This document shows positions 41,204 through 50,414 of a stretch of DNA of 64,000 nucleotides, one piece after another. The translations under genes were made by a program, and so were the position numbers. The notes beneath the pieces are model-generated. The model was not told the origin of the DNA and did not search any database. It saw only the letters and a program-made list of their open reading frames with translations. The stretch comes from an uncultured Candidatus Rokubacteria bacterium (GTDB taxonomy: Bacteria; Methylomirabilota; Methylomirabilia; Rokubacteriales; DASRDR01): positions 1 through 64,000 of the forward strand of contig CAVPSB010000015.1 in assembly GCA_963708025.1 (NCBI GenBank), written 5' to 3'. Each line of letters starts with the position of its first letter. Positions within the stretch are counted from its first letter, which is position 1.

Positions 41204-41252
41204 AGTCATGGGAGACACCTGGTCTCAGGGGAGGAGCCGGTCAGTGGCGACG

Positions 41253-41924
41253 ATGAAGCAGACGGACGCCGAGATCCAGCGGGCGGTCCTCCGGGAGCTG
41301 GAGCGGGACACCCGCGTGGAGCAGACCGAGGTCGGCATCGAGGTCGACGAGGGGGTCGTCACCCTGACCGGTACGGTCACGAGCTGGGCCAAGCGGCACG
41401 CCGCCCAGGAGGCGGCCCACCGGGCCGCCGGGGTCCTGGACGTCGCGAACGACATCGAGGTCGCACCGGTCGACGCCCTGGCTCGGACCGACACCGAGAT
41501 CGCGCACGCGGTGCGGCGGACGCTGGAGTGGGACGTCTTCGTGCCCGACCAGCGCATCCAGTCCACCGTGTCGAAGGGCTGGGTGACGCTGGAGGGCGAG
41601 GTGGACTTCTGGCACGAGCGCGAGGAGGCCGAGCGGGCCGTGCGTACCCTGGTCGGGCTGCGCGGCGTGACGAACCGGATTCGACTGAGCGGCGGTCCGG
41701 CGCGGGGCGGGAGCGGGGAGGTCCGGGCGTCGATCCAGGAGGCGCTCGCCCGGCACGCCGAGCGGGTGGCGTCCCGGATCGAGCTCACGGTGACGGACGG
41801 AAAGGTCACGGTGGTCGGGCGCGTCGCCTCATGGTCGGAGAAGCAGGCCGTGCTCGACGGCGCCCGGTCGGCAGCCTCCATCGAGGTCGTCGAGGACCAG
41901 GTCATGGTGGATCCCGATGTCTAG
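41253..41924 (+). CDS. Triple BON-domain (OsmY-like) protein, no signal peptide
   Basis: Three GVVTLTGTV / GWVTLEGEV / GKVTVVGRV repeats. Confidence 0.9.
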   Translation: MKQTDAEIQRAVLRELERDTRVEQTEVGIEVDEGVVTLTGTVTSWAKRHAAQEAAHRAAGVLDVANDIEVAPVDALARTDTEIAHAVRRTLEWDVFVPDQRIQSTVSKGWVTLEGEVDFWHEREEAERAVRTLVGLRGVTNRIRLSGGPARGGSGEVRASIQEALARHAERVASRIELTVTDGKVTVVGRVASWSEKQAVLDGARSAASIEVVEDQVMVDPDV

Positions 41925-42430
41925 GCCGGGAGTGCCGCCCGGCCGCCGGGGCGGGCTTCTCTGGGAAGGGCTGGGGGCCTCCCGTGAGATGTGCGCGTCC
42001 TGCGGCGCCCTCCTCCGCAGCCAGGAGGTGCCGGACGCCGGGGACGACCTTGCCTGGGCCCAGCGCGCACGAGAGCATCGGCCCGGATGCGAGTGGGTGC
42101 GGCGGCGGGGCCGACCTGGCCGCACCCGCCGACCGCGACGACAGCCGGTCTGACACCCGCCCGCTCGTCGGGCCGCGGATCGGGTCAGTTGCAGGACGAG
42201 CCACGCGGCCCGACCGCGAGCGGTCTTCCGCCCGAGCCACGTCGTCGCGTCCCTGTCGCTCGGCGCCCGCCAATAGCCGCGCGACGAGAGCGAGCCGCCC
42301 ACCGCCCGTCGGCGTCTCGCAACCCTTCTGGCTGCGGCCGCGCGGCCGTGGCGTTCCACTTCGAGCCGCGGCTTCGCCGCGGCCTCCGAAGGGGGGATCG
42401 GGGGGTCTTCCGAGACCCCCCAGGAAGATC

Positions 42431-42880
42431 TCAGTCGCTGCCGGGCCGGCCCGGGTGGAAGAGAAGGACGGCCACCCCGGCCCTCCGGAAGACGGCCTCG
42501 GCGACGCTCCCGAGCGCCACGCGGCTGATGCCGCTGCGACCGCCCGTGGTCACCGCGATCAGGTCCGCCCCGTACGCGTCGGCTTCCCGGAGGATCTCCT
42601 CGGCCGGGTCGCCGAAGCGGACGACGCATTCCACCGGCACGCCGTCCAGACGCGCGGCCACGCCACGCAGGTAGTCCAGGCCCTCGGCGTCCAGCCGGGC
42701 CATCTCCTGGTCGGCGTACGCCACCACCCGGCCGCCCTTGGCGACGAGCGCCTCAGGCACCGGGGCGACGTGGAGGAGGCGCACCACCGCCCCGCTACCC
42801 CGCGCGGTGTCGGCGATGAGGGGGATGACGGCTTCTGCCGTCGGCGACTGATCCATGGGCACCAGGATTCGCTTCGCCAT
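42431..42880 (-). CDS. Universal stress protein
   Basis: KRILVPMD, GDPAEEI and GSVAEAV motifs. Confidence 0.9.
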   Translation of the reverse strand: MAKRILVPMDQSPTAEAVIPLIADTARGSGAVVRLLHVAPVPEALVAKGGRVVAYADQEMARLDAEGLDYLRGVAARLDGVPVECVVRFGDPAEEILREADAYGADLIAVTTGGRSGISRVALGSVAEAVFRRAGVAVLLFHPGRPGSD

Positions 42881-42898
42881 CGAAGTACCCCTTTCCGC

Positions 42899-43288
42899 TC
42901 AAGTGGTCCGGCCCGTGCGCTTCTTGGGCCTCTCGCCGCCCTCCGAGAGGAGGCGCTTGGCCACGTAGTACTTCTTGGGTCGGCGCCGGCTCTCGCGCGC
43001 GCGCTCGATGTCACGTCCGAGCTGTCGCTCGAGGACGGTGAACGCCTCGTCGAAGGCCTGGCGGTGTGTCTGGGCCATGTGCTCGACCCGGACCGCTGGG
43101 CGGCGCGGGAGGCGGATCGTCAGGGCGCAGCGGATGTCGATGCCCCCCTTCGGCCCGTTCTCGTCGACGAACAGGACCTGCGCGCTCACCGGCGTGACGT
43201 GGAGACGGGCCAGTGCCGCGCTCATCTGCCTCCGGACGTGCGCCTGCAGCAGCCGATTGCGGGCGATGCCCTGGATGTCGATCACCAT
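42899..43288 (-). CDS. HPF/RaiA-family ribosome hibernation protein
   Basis: DENGPKGGIDIRC motif and C-terminal helix typical of the family. Confidence 0.78.
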   Translation of the reverse strand: MVIDIQGIARNRLLQAHVRRQMSAALARLHVTPVSAQVLFVDENGPKGGIDIRCALTIRLPRRPAVRVEHMAQTHRQAFDEAFTVLERQLGRDIERARESRRRPKKYYVAKRLLSEGGERPKKRTGRTT

Positions 43289-43312
43289 CGTCCTCCTCTC
43301 GCGTCTTTCGGA

Positions 43313-43699
43313 TCAGGCCGGACCGTGGCGGCGATGCCCGGCTCGGCCTTCTTCCTGGTCCGCGGCCTCCCGCTCGAGGTGCCAGCGCAGTCGGTCGCGG
43401 TCCCGGAGGATCTCCTCCGAGGTGCGCACCTCGGCCGTGGGCTCCTGGGCTACGCCGAGCGCCTGGCCGATCTCGTCCACCACGTCCTGATCCGGCGTGG
43501 CGACGCTCCCGCCCACCGCCTCGTCGCCGGACGCGGCGGCCCGCTGCCAGTCCGCATCCACATCGCCGCCGCTCAGCGCGGGACTGGTCTCGCGATGGCC
43601 CGCGATTTCCTCGGCCAGCTTGCCAACTTCACCACGATCCTCGACGCTGGCGCGTGGCGCCGGGCTCGCCTTCTTCGTCCGCCTGGCCTTGCGTTTCAT
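43313..43699 (-). CDS. DUF6335-like protein
   Basis: SPALSGGDVDADW, GDEAVGGS and TPDQDVVDEIG motifs; GAGGAG RBS. Confidence 0.8.
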   Translation of the reverse strand: MKRKARRTKKASPAPRASVEDRGEVGKLAEEIAGHRETSPALSGGDVDADWQRAAASGDEAVGGSVATPDQDVVDEIGQALGVAQEPTAEVRTSEEILRDRDRLRWHLEREAADQEEGRAGHRRHGPA

Positions 43700-43811
43700 G
43701 GCTCCTCGTCGCCTCGGACGGGAGACCGAGAAGCCCGCACCCGCCGGCTCTCCGCTCCCGCGGTTCGAATCGGGATCTCGACCGTGCAAACGGAACACCG
43801 CAGATCGGTAG

Positions 43812-43827
43812 TGCAACGCCGGTGCCA
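43812..43827 (-). promoter_or_regulatory. Sigma-54 promoter candidate (DUF6335-HPF-USP operon)
   Basis: Minus strand TGGCACCGGCGTTGCA (consensus match). Confidence 0.7.
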
Positions 43828-43958
43828 CGGCTCTTGCCTGGACAGGGGCCCATCGACGGTCGTCGCTCCCTGGCGCGCCGACTCGCGGAGGTGGCCGAGG
43901 TGCCCGGCCTCGCCTCGGCGCGTGGTGTGGATGACCGGGCGCCGATGGAGCTTCTCCG

Positions 43959-43974
43959 TGGCACTTCCGTTGCA
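43959..43974 (+). promoter_or_regulatory. Sigma-54 promoter candidate
   Basis: TGGCACTTCCGTTGCA (consensus match). Confidence 0.7.
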
Positions 43975-44076
43975 GCCACGTCAAAGGATGATTCTGCCTC
44001 GCCCGCCACCCGACGAGCCGATCGACGAGCGCGACGACGACTTTCCCGACCTCGACCATTGGGTTCACCTTGCGCC

Positions 44077-44162
44077 GAGAGCGTGTGAAGGAATGGGGTG
44101 CTCCGGCTCCCCCTCCCCCCGGTGGGGGGGAGGGGGGTTGGGGGGTGGGTGGGAGGTCCCGA
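44077..44162 (+). repeat. C-rich/G-rich palindromic repeat, copy 2
   Basis: Similar to 35699-35787. Confidence 0.75.
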
Positions 44163-44186
44163 ACTGAGGACCGAGGGGAGGAAGCA

Positions 44187-45143
44187 TTGGGCGACGGGCT
44201 CCCACTGAACGAAGATGTGGCCGTGAAGCTTCGTGAGGCGGCCGACCTCCTGGCTCGACAGGGGGCCAACCCCTTCAGGGTCACGGCGTACCGGCGGGCT
44301 GCCGAGAGCATCGCGCGACTCCCTCGCGGGCTCGACGACGTCCTGCGCGCCGAGGGACCGGCCGGTCTCGACGCACTGCCGCACGTCGGCCCCGGTATCG
44401 CGGCGGCGATTCGGGAGATCGTGCGCACGGGCCGCTGGAGCCTGCTCGATCGCCTGCGTGGCTTGCTGGATCCCGTCGCGCTGTTCGCCACGATTCCGAG
44501 CGTCGGCCCTCAGCTCGCCCGGCGGATCCATGACACGCTTGGCGTCGACACGCTCGAGGCGCTGGAGGTCGCGGCCCACGATGGCCGCCTGGCCGGCGTG
44601 CCGGGGATGGGGCCCCGCCGGGTGGCCGGGATCCGGGCGGCCCTGCAAGCCCTGCTCGGCCGGACCCGGGCGCGGTCGCTGCCGGCGGCCTCCGGTGGCG
44701 CCCCGACCGTCTGGCCGGGCCCGGACGTGACCGTGCTCCTGGACGTCGACCGCGAGTACCGGGACAAGGCGGCCGCCGGCCTCCTGGAGACGATCGCGCC
44801 CCGCCGCTTCAACCTGGACGGCAAGGCCTGGCTGCCCGTGCTGCACACGACGCGGGAGCCGTGGCACTTCACGGCGCTCTACTCCAACACCGCCGCCGCC
44901 CATCAGCTCGGCCGGACGCGCGACTGGGTCGTCGTCTACTTCTACGACGACCATCACCGGGAGGGTCAGCACACCGTCGTGACGGAGACGCGGGGACGCC
45001 TTCGAGGGCGACGGGTGGTGCGCGGTCGAGAAGCCGAATGCGAGACCCTGTATGGCAGCGTGGCGAGCCACCCGGCCAGCCATCCTCGTACGCGGGGCCG
45101 AGCCGTCTCCGCCCAGGGAGGTGCTCGTGCCGCGGGGAGGTGA
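44187..45143 (+). CDS. Helix-hairpin-helix DNA-binding protein related to the PolX N-terminus (no polymerase palm)
   Basis: GANPFRVTAYRRAA; LPHVG, IPSVG and VPGMG HhH motifs; IAPRRFN..WLPVLH C-terminal domain; start uncertain. Confidence 0.8.
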   Translation: MGDGLPLNEDVAVKLREAADLLARQGANPFRVTAYRRAAESIARLPRGLDDVLRAEGPAGLDALPHVGPGIAAAIREIVRTGRWSLLDRLRGLLDPVALFATIPSVGPQLARRIHDTLGVDTLEALEVAAHDGRLAGVPGMGPRRVAGIRAALQALLGRTRARSLPAASGGAPTVWPGPDVTVLLDVDREYRDKAAAGLLETIAPRRFNLDGKAWLPVLHTTREPWHFTALYSNTAAAHQLGRTRDWVVVYFYDDHHREGQHTVVTETRGRLRGRRVVRGREAECETLYGSVASHPASHPRTRGRAVSAQGGARAAGR

Positions 45144-45292
45144 TCAGACACGGGAGGAGTCCGCTTCTGTAAACCGCCCGCGCACCTCGTGACCCCGCCG
45201 ACCGATCCTCGGGGGACAACACGCTCGGACTCCACCGCCCCCGGCTGCCTCCGCTCGACCTGGAACGGCTGGATCGGGAGGCGCGCGTCGCA

Positions 45293-45631
45293 ATGGCTGC
45301 CGGTGGCGTCGCCCCGATCGCGCGCCGCTATGCCTCGCCGCTGGAGGACCTGAGGACCACGCCGACGGTCATCTACCTCCAGTCGCTCCTCGCCACGAGC
45401 GGCGGGCTCCCGGATGCTGCCGCGCTCCGCCTCCCGATGCTCGCCCTGGTCGCATCCGGGGACTGCTGGGCGACCCCGCCATCACCCAGCGGACCCTGGG
45501 TGCCATTCCGGGGTGGCGGGTCCAGCGCCTCGACGCGGCGCACTGGATCCCGACCGAGCGGCCGGAGGAGCTCAGGCGCGCGATCGATGCCTGGTGCCGA
45601 GAGATCTGGAGCGATCGAACGTGACGGGTGA
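45293..45631 (+). pseudogene. Alpha/beta hydrolase C-terminal remnant
   Basis: LPMLAL... then a frameshifted LDAAHWIPTERPEELRRAI (catalytic His region). Confidence 0.5.
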
Positions 45632-45741
45632 ATGGGGCATGCGTGCCCCGCTGGGGCGGCGCTGGGACAGCGCCAGCGCGACCGGGCGCCTCTCGGGAGT
45701 CCGAACCGGCGCCGAGCCGCCCTCCGCGCGGACCAATACCC

Positions 45742-45757
45742 TGGCACGCCGGTTGCG
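45742..45757 (+). promoter_or_regulatory. Sigma-54 promoter candidate (histone-like gene)
   Basis: TGGCACGCCGGTTGCG. Confidence 0.6.
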
Positions 45758-46005
45758 GTCGCCGGGCGACATGGTCCATTCGCTCCCCGGCTCCCCGGCG
45801 TTGGTGAGGGCAACCCACGCGCCCGGGCTCCGACGATGAACCGCGTCCCGAGACACAGGTGGTCGAGCGCGAGGGAGACGATCTCCACCAAGGAGTCGCA
45901 GCGCGTGTCCGGGTGGAACGAGCGCCCGACAGCCGGGCGATGAGCTCGATCGTCGGCGTGGGCCCAGACCGCAGCCGGGCCTCTTGGGCCCGAGCGGAGG
46001 AGACG

Positions 46006-46437
46006 ATGAGCGCCAGGCAGCGGGGTCGAAAGACCGAGCAGGGTCGTGTGAAGAAGCGTGCGAAGAAGAGCAAAGCCGAAAAGGCGGCCACCACCCGGAA
46101 GGGGGCCACCACCCGGAAGGGGGCCACCACCCGGAAGGCGGCCACCACCCGGAAGGCGGCCACCACCCGGAAGGCGGCCACCACCCGGAAGGCGGCCACC
46201 ACCCGGAAGGCGGCCACCACCCGGAAGGAGATGACCGCCCCCAAGAAGACGCGGACCAAGGCCCCTCGGGCGAGTGCACCGATGCGAAAGGTGGCGCCAG
46301 CGTCGGCGCCTCCGGTGGACGTCTGGGAGCCCGGCGAGAGGATGCCGGTAGCGGGACCCCAGGCGCCTCTCGTGGGCGTCATCGAGGTGACCACCGTGGA
46401 AGTCCTGGCGGTGCAGGACCCGTCCACGACGCCATAG
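46006..46437 (+). CDS. Lys/Arg/Ala-rich histone H1-like protein
   Basis: GGAGGAG RBS; basic N-terminus with K(A/G)ATTR x8. Confidence 0.7.
   Translation: MSARQRGRKTEQGRVKKRAKKSKAEKAATTRKGATTRKGATTRKAATTRKAATTRKAATTRKAATTRKAATTRKEMTAPKKTRTKAPRASAPMRKVAPASAPPVDVWEPGERMPVAGPQAPLVGVIEVTTVEVLAVQDPSTTP
46081..46224 (+). repeat. Coding tandem repeat, 8 x 18 bp AAGG(C/G)GGCCACCACCCGG
   Basis: Counted directly; units 2 and 3 carry one C>G change. Confidence 0.95.
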
Positions 46438-46530
46438 GCGAAGCCAGTACCACCCAAGAGGGCGGGGATCTCCGCCGGGCCGGCAGGGTCGGCGGGGAGC
46501 GCGGAGGCTCGGCCCGCGGGGCGAGCCCGG

Positions 46531-48711
46531 TCAGGCTCCAGGCGATCTCGTGGGCGGGTCCGCCCCTGACCCCGCCGCCCCGGCCGCGGCGGCCATGGCG
46601 TAGAAGCGCTCCACGTACTCTTTCAGCGTCCGCCGCGTCGAGAAGGCCGGCGCCACGGTCTCGATCGTGCGGCGCACGACCCGGAGCCAGCCGCGTGGGA
46701 TGCCGTCCGGGCCCCGATCGTAGTAGAGCGGCACCACGGTCTGCTCCAGCAGCCGGTACAGCGCCTCGGCGTCGGCCGCGTCCCGGGCATCCGGGTCGGC
46801 CGGCTCCCCGTCCGCCTCCCCGATCGCCCAGCCGTTCGTCCCGTCGTAGGCCTCGACCCACCAGCCGTCGAGGACGGACAGATGCGGCACCCCGTTGAGG
46901 GCCGCCTTCTGGCCGCTCGTGCCGCTCGCCTCCATCGGGGGGCGCGGGGTGTTGAGCCACGCGTCCACCCCCGCGATGAGGTATCGGGCCGCCTCCATGT
47001 CGTAGTCCTCGACGAACGCGACCCGGCCGGCCAGCTCCGGATCCCGGCTGGCCGCGTAGATCTGCCGCAGGAGTTGTTTGGCGGGCTCGTCGGCGGGGTG
47101 GGCCTTCCCGGCGAAGACGAGCTGGACCGGCCGCCGGGAATCCGTGAGGAGCCTGTGCAGCCGCTTCGAATCGCGGAGGACGAGCGTCGCCCGCTTGTAG
47201 TCCGCGAAGCGCCGGGCGAAACCGAGGGTGAGGGCGGCGGGATCGAGCAGCGAGCCGGCTGCCAGCACCTGCCCGGGATCACCGCGGTGCTCGACCCACT
47301 GACGGCGGGCCCGCTCCCGCAGGTAGTGGGCGAGCCGCTGCTTCAGCACGCAGCGGGCCGGCCAGAGCTCCGCGTCCGGAATCTCGGCCACGCGGCGCCA
47401 CAGGCCGGGCTCGTCGTGGCGGCGCACCCAGTCCGGGGCCAGGTAGCGCTGGTAGAGCGCATCCATCTCGTCGGCCACCCAGGTGGGGACGTGGACCCCG
47501 TTGGTGATGGCGACGATCGGGACGCGGTCCTCCGGCGTCTCGGGCCAGAGGCCCCGCCACATCCGCCGGGAGACCGCGCCGTGGCGGCGACTCACGGCGT
47601 TCCGGAAATCGGCCAGGCGCAGTGCCAGGGCCGTCATGTTGAAGGCCGGGCCCCACGGTTCCTGGTGCAGCGCCAGGGCCAGCATCTGCTCGCGGTCGGC
47701 CCCGAGCGTGGGCCAGTACACCCCGACGTGCTTGAGGTACTGCTCGACCATCGCCAGGGGGAAGGCGTCGTGGCCGGCGGCGACGGGGGTGTGCGTGCTG
47801 AACACCGTGGTGGCGCGAACGGCCCCCAGCGCCGGATCGAAGCCGATGCCCGCCGCCATGAGCTCACGGACGCGCTCGACCATCATGAACGCCGTGTGCC
47901 CCTCGTTCGCGTGCCACACGCGGGGGGCAATCCCGAGCGCGCGAAGGACGCGGACGCCGCCGATCCCCAGGACGAGCTCCTGCCGTAGCCGCAGCTCCTG
48001 GTCCCCGCCGTAGAGCCGCGCCGACAGCTCACGGTCCCACGGCGCGTTCTCCGAGAGATCGGTGTCCATGAGGAAGAGCCGGGACCGGCCGACGTCAACC
48101 CTCCACACCGCCACGCGCAGCTCGTGGTCGGGGAAGCGGAGCGGCACCACGCACGGCATCCCCTCGCGCGTGCAGGCGGGCTCCACCGGGGCGGCTCGGC
48201 GGTCGATCGCCTCCGAGACCTCCTCCTGGCGGCCGGCGGGGTTCACGTGCTGGTGGAAATAGCCCTGCGGGTACATGAACCCCACCCCCACCCAGGGCAG
48301 GCCGAGATCGCTGGCTTCCTTGGCCAGGTCGCCGGCCAGGATGCCGAGCCCGCCTGCATAGCTGGGGAGCGAGCCATGGACGCCGTACTCGAAGGAGAAG
48401 TAGGCGATCGGAGCGGCGGTCAGCTCCGGGTGCGCCCCCGCGCACCAGCCGTGCCGATCCGTCGTCTCGGCGTCGAAGGCCTCGAGCACGGCGGCGAGGT
48501 GCCGCACGAAGCGGCCGTCGTCAGCCAGCTCGTCCAGGCGCTCGCCGGGCACGTCGGCCAGCAGGCGGACCGGGTTGTACCCGCTCCGGCGCCAGAGCAC
48601 CGGGTCGATCGACTTGAACAGCGCCCGCGCCTCGGGGTGCCAGCTCCACCAGAGGTTACGGGCGAGCTCGCCGAGCCGCCGGAGCATCGGCGGAACGGGC
48701 CGGACGGTCAT
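46531..48711 (-). CDS. glgP: Alpha-glucan (glycogen) phosphorylase
   Basis: NLWWSW, YAGGLG, NEGH, TNGVH, GFARRF and EASGTSGQKA (PLP lysine) motifs. Confidence 0.95.
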   Translation of the reverse strand: MTVRPVPPMLRRLGELARNLWWSWHPEARALFKSIDPVLWRRSGYNPVRLLADVPGERLDELADDGRFVRHLAAVLEAFDAETTDRHGWCAGAHPELTAAPIAYFSFEYGVHGSLPSYAGGLGILAGDLAKEASDLGLPWVGVGFMYPQGYFHQHVNPAGRQEEVSEAIDRRAAPVEPACTREGMPCVVPLRFPDHELRVAVWRVDVGRSRLFLMDTDLSENAPWDRELSARLYGGDQELRLRQELVLGIGGVRVLRALGIAPRVWHANEGHTAFMMVERVRELMAAGIGFDPALGAVRATTVFSTHTPVAAGHDAFPLAMVEQYLKHVGVYWPTLGADREQMLALALHQEPWGPAFNMTALALRLADFRNAVSRRHGAVSRRMWRGLWPETPEDRVPIVAITNGVHVPTWVADEMDALYQRYLAPDWVRRHDEPGLWRRVAEIPDAELWPARCVLKQRLAHYLRERARRQWVEHRGDPGQVLAAGSLLDPAALTLGFARRFADYKRATLVLRDSKRLHRLLTDSRRPVQLVFAGKAHPADEPAKQLLRQIYAASRDPELAGRVAFVEDYDMEAARYLIAGVDAWLNTPRPPMEASGTSGQKAALNGVPHLSVLDGWWVEAYDGTNGWAIGEADGEPADPDARDAADAEALYRLLEQTVVPLYYDRGPDGIPRGWLRVVRRTIETVAPAFSTRRTLKEYVERFYAMAAAAGAAGSGADPPTRSPGA

Positions 48712-48725
48712 GGTGTCAGCACGCG

Positions 48726-48741
48726 TGCAACGACGGTGCCG
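48726..48741 (-). promoter_or_regulatory. Sigma-54 promoter candidate (glgP, near-leaderless)
   Basis: Minus strand CGGCACCGTCGTTGCA, ending 14 nt before the ATG. Confidence 0.62.
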
Positions 48742-48934
48742 CGCGAGGGAGGGCCGATCGCCCGTCGAATCGGTCGGTTGCCACTGAAGGCCACGTGAAG
48801 GCCGCGCGCCTGTGGCAGCGATGTCCCGGTCGGACATCGCCGACCCATCGAGGTCGCCCCGGGAGATCCTGGAGCCACCTGCCGAAGACGGCCGGAACCA
48901 CCACGGAGGACGACCCGGTCAAGGAGTCCCGACG

Positions 48935-48950
48935 TGGCAGGCCCGTTGCA
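48935..48950 (+). promoter_or_regulatory. Sigma-54 promoter candidate (protease-USP-pcm operon)
   Basis: TGGCAGGCCCGTTGCA. Confidence 0.62.
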
Positions 48951-48978
48951 ACCCGGGAATCGGAAGGAGGAGCCAGCC

Positions 48979-49125
48979 ATGTCCCGGGTTGTGACGGTAG
49001 GTAGGCGCGTCGTGGCGTTCGGGCGGGCCGCCGTGCTCGAGGGCCGAGAGGAGCCGCCCATCGGGGCGAGTGGCCAGGCGTCCACCGTGCGGGTCCCGGG
49101 TGCCAGCCGGCACCTCTGTTCATAG
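48979..49125 (+). CDS. Small hypothetical ORF (48 aa)
   Basis: Strong AAGGAGG RBS directly after a sigma-54 site; no recognisable motif. Confidence 0.35.
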   Translation: MSRVVTVGRRVVAFGRAAVLEGREEPPIGASGQASTVRVPGASRHLCS

Positions 49126-49136
49126 GGGACGCTCCC

Positions 49137-50267
49137 ATGCGGGGCATCCGGTCGGCGTTCGTCCTTCTGCTGCTCTTCACGGGAGTCTGGGTAGCGTCCG
49201 CGGTGGGGCCGCCGTGGCAGCGGGAATCGCCGGCGCGCCCGACCGACGAGCGGGCCGGACCCGAGGCGCTCGAGCGTCGGCTGGCGGTGACCGACAGCCG
49301 GCTCGAGGCGCTGGGACGCGAGTTCGCCAGCCTGACGGCCCTCTTGCGCGAGCGGGAGGCCCGGCTCGACGCCATGGCCGCGCGCGTGCGGGGCCTGGAG
49401 CAGGACGTGCGGGCGGGCGAGCGCGTCCTGTCGGACTCCGCAAACGGCGTGGCGCTCATTCAGGCGACGGTCCGCTACGAGGACGCCACCGGGCGACCCC
49501 TCCGGTATCGGCGCGCCGAGACGCGTCGGCCCTGGCGGGGCGTGCTCGGCCCCCCGTCGGTGGGCGTCGACGGCGATGGCGCGGTCGTGACCACGACCTT
49601 CCTCGGGACGGGCTTCCTCGTCGGGCGCGACGGGACGGTGGTGACCAGCCGGCACGTCGCCCGGCCCTGGGAGACCGAGGCCGAGCTGGACGGGCTGCGA
49701 AAGCTCGGGGTGGAGCCACGTCTCGCCGAGCTGCGCGCCTTTTTCCCCGCGTTGACCCAGCCGGTCCCGCTGACCCCGCTCCGTGTGTCCGACGCTTCGG
49801 ATGTCATGGTGCTGAGGGCGAGCCTCCGCCCCGGCTCGGTGCCGGTCCTCTCGCTCGACCCGGGTCCCGTCGTGCCGGGCCGTGCCGTCTTGCTGCTGGG
49901 CTACCCGGCCGGCCTCGAGCTCCTGCTCGCCCGGATCGAGCCGACCGTGCTCCGGACCCTGGTCGGCGACGAGGTCGAGGAGATCGCCGACGATACCGTC
50001 AACGTGCCGGATCTCTTGAGCAAGCTGGCGCGGCGCGGCCTCATCCGCCCCCATGCGAGCTGGGGGCATGTCGTGGACGCGCGACCACATCTCATCACGT
50101 ACGATGCCCGGACGGCGATGGGCGGGAGCGGCGGCCCCGTTCTGACCGCGGCGGGACGGGTCATCGGGGTGAACCAGGCGGTCCTGTCGGATTTCGACGC
50201 CGTGGGGCTCGGGATCCCGATCCGCCACGCCCTCACGCTCCTGCGGGGGCGGCCGCTGCCCCCGTAG
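49137..50267 (+). CDS. Trypsin-like serine protease with signal peptide and coiled coil
   Basis: GTGF, TSRHV (His), SDV (Asp) and GGSGGP (Ser). Confidence 0.85.
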   Translation: MRGIRSAFVLLLLFTGVWVASAVGPPWQRESPARPTDERAGPEALERRLAVTDSRLEALGREFASLTALLREREARLDAMAARVRGLEQDVRAGERVLSDSANGVALIQATVRYEDATGRPLRYRRAETRRPWRGVLGPPSVGVDGDGAVVTTTFLGTGFLVGRDGTVVTSRHVARPWETEAELDGLRKLGVEPRLAELRAFFPALTQPVPLTPLRVSDASDVMVLRASLRPGSVPVLSLDPGPVVPGRAVLLLGYPAGLELLLARIEPTVLRTLVGDEVEEIADDTVNVPDLLSKLARRGLIRPHASWGHVVDARPHLITYDARTAMGGSGGPVLTAAGRVIGVNQAVLSDFDAVGLGIPIRHALTLLRGRPLPP

Positions 50268-50414
50268 TCCCGAGTCGGGCCCTGGAGATACCCGCGGCCC
50301 GTGGCGCCGGCGCGTCGTCGTGGTCGGGCTCCAGGGTGATCGGGGAAGGGGAGAACGCCCGGCTTCCGCCCGACCGCGGCCGCTCGAGACCGAGCGAACG
50401 GAGGCATGTGAGCG

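Noticed and set aside
46081-46224. Possible CRISPR array
   Set aside because: The repeats are contiguous with no spacers, are in-frame coding, and no cas genes are nearby.
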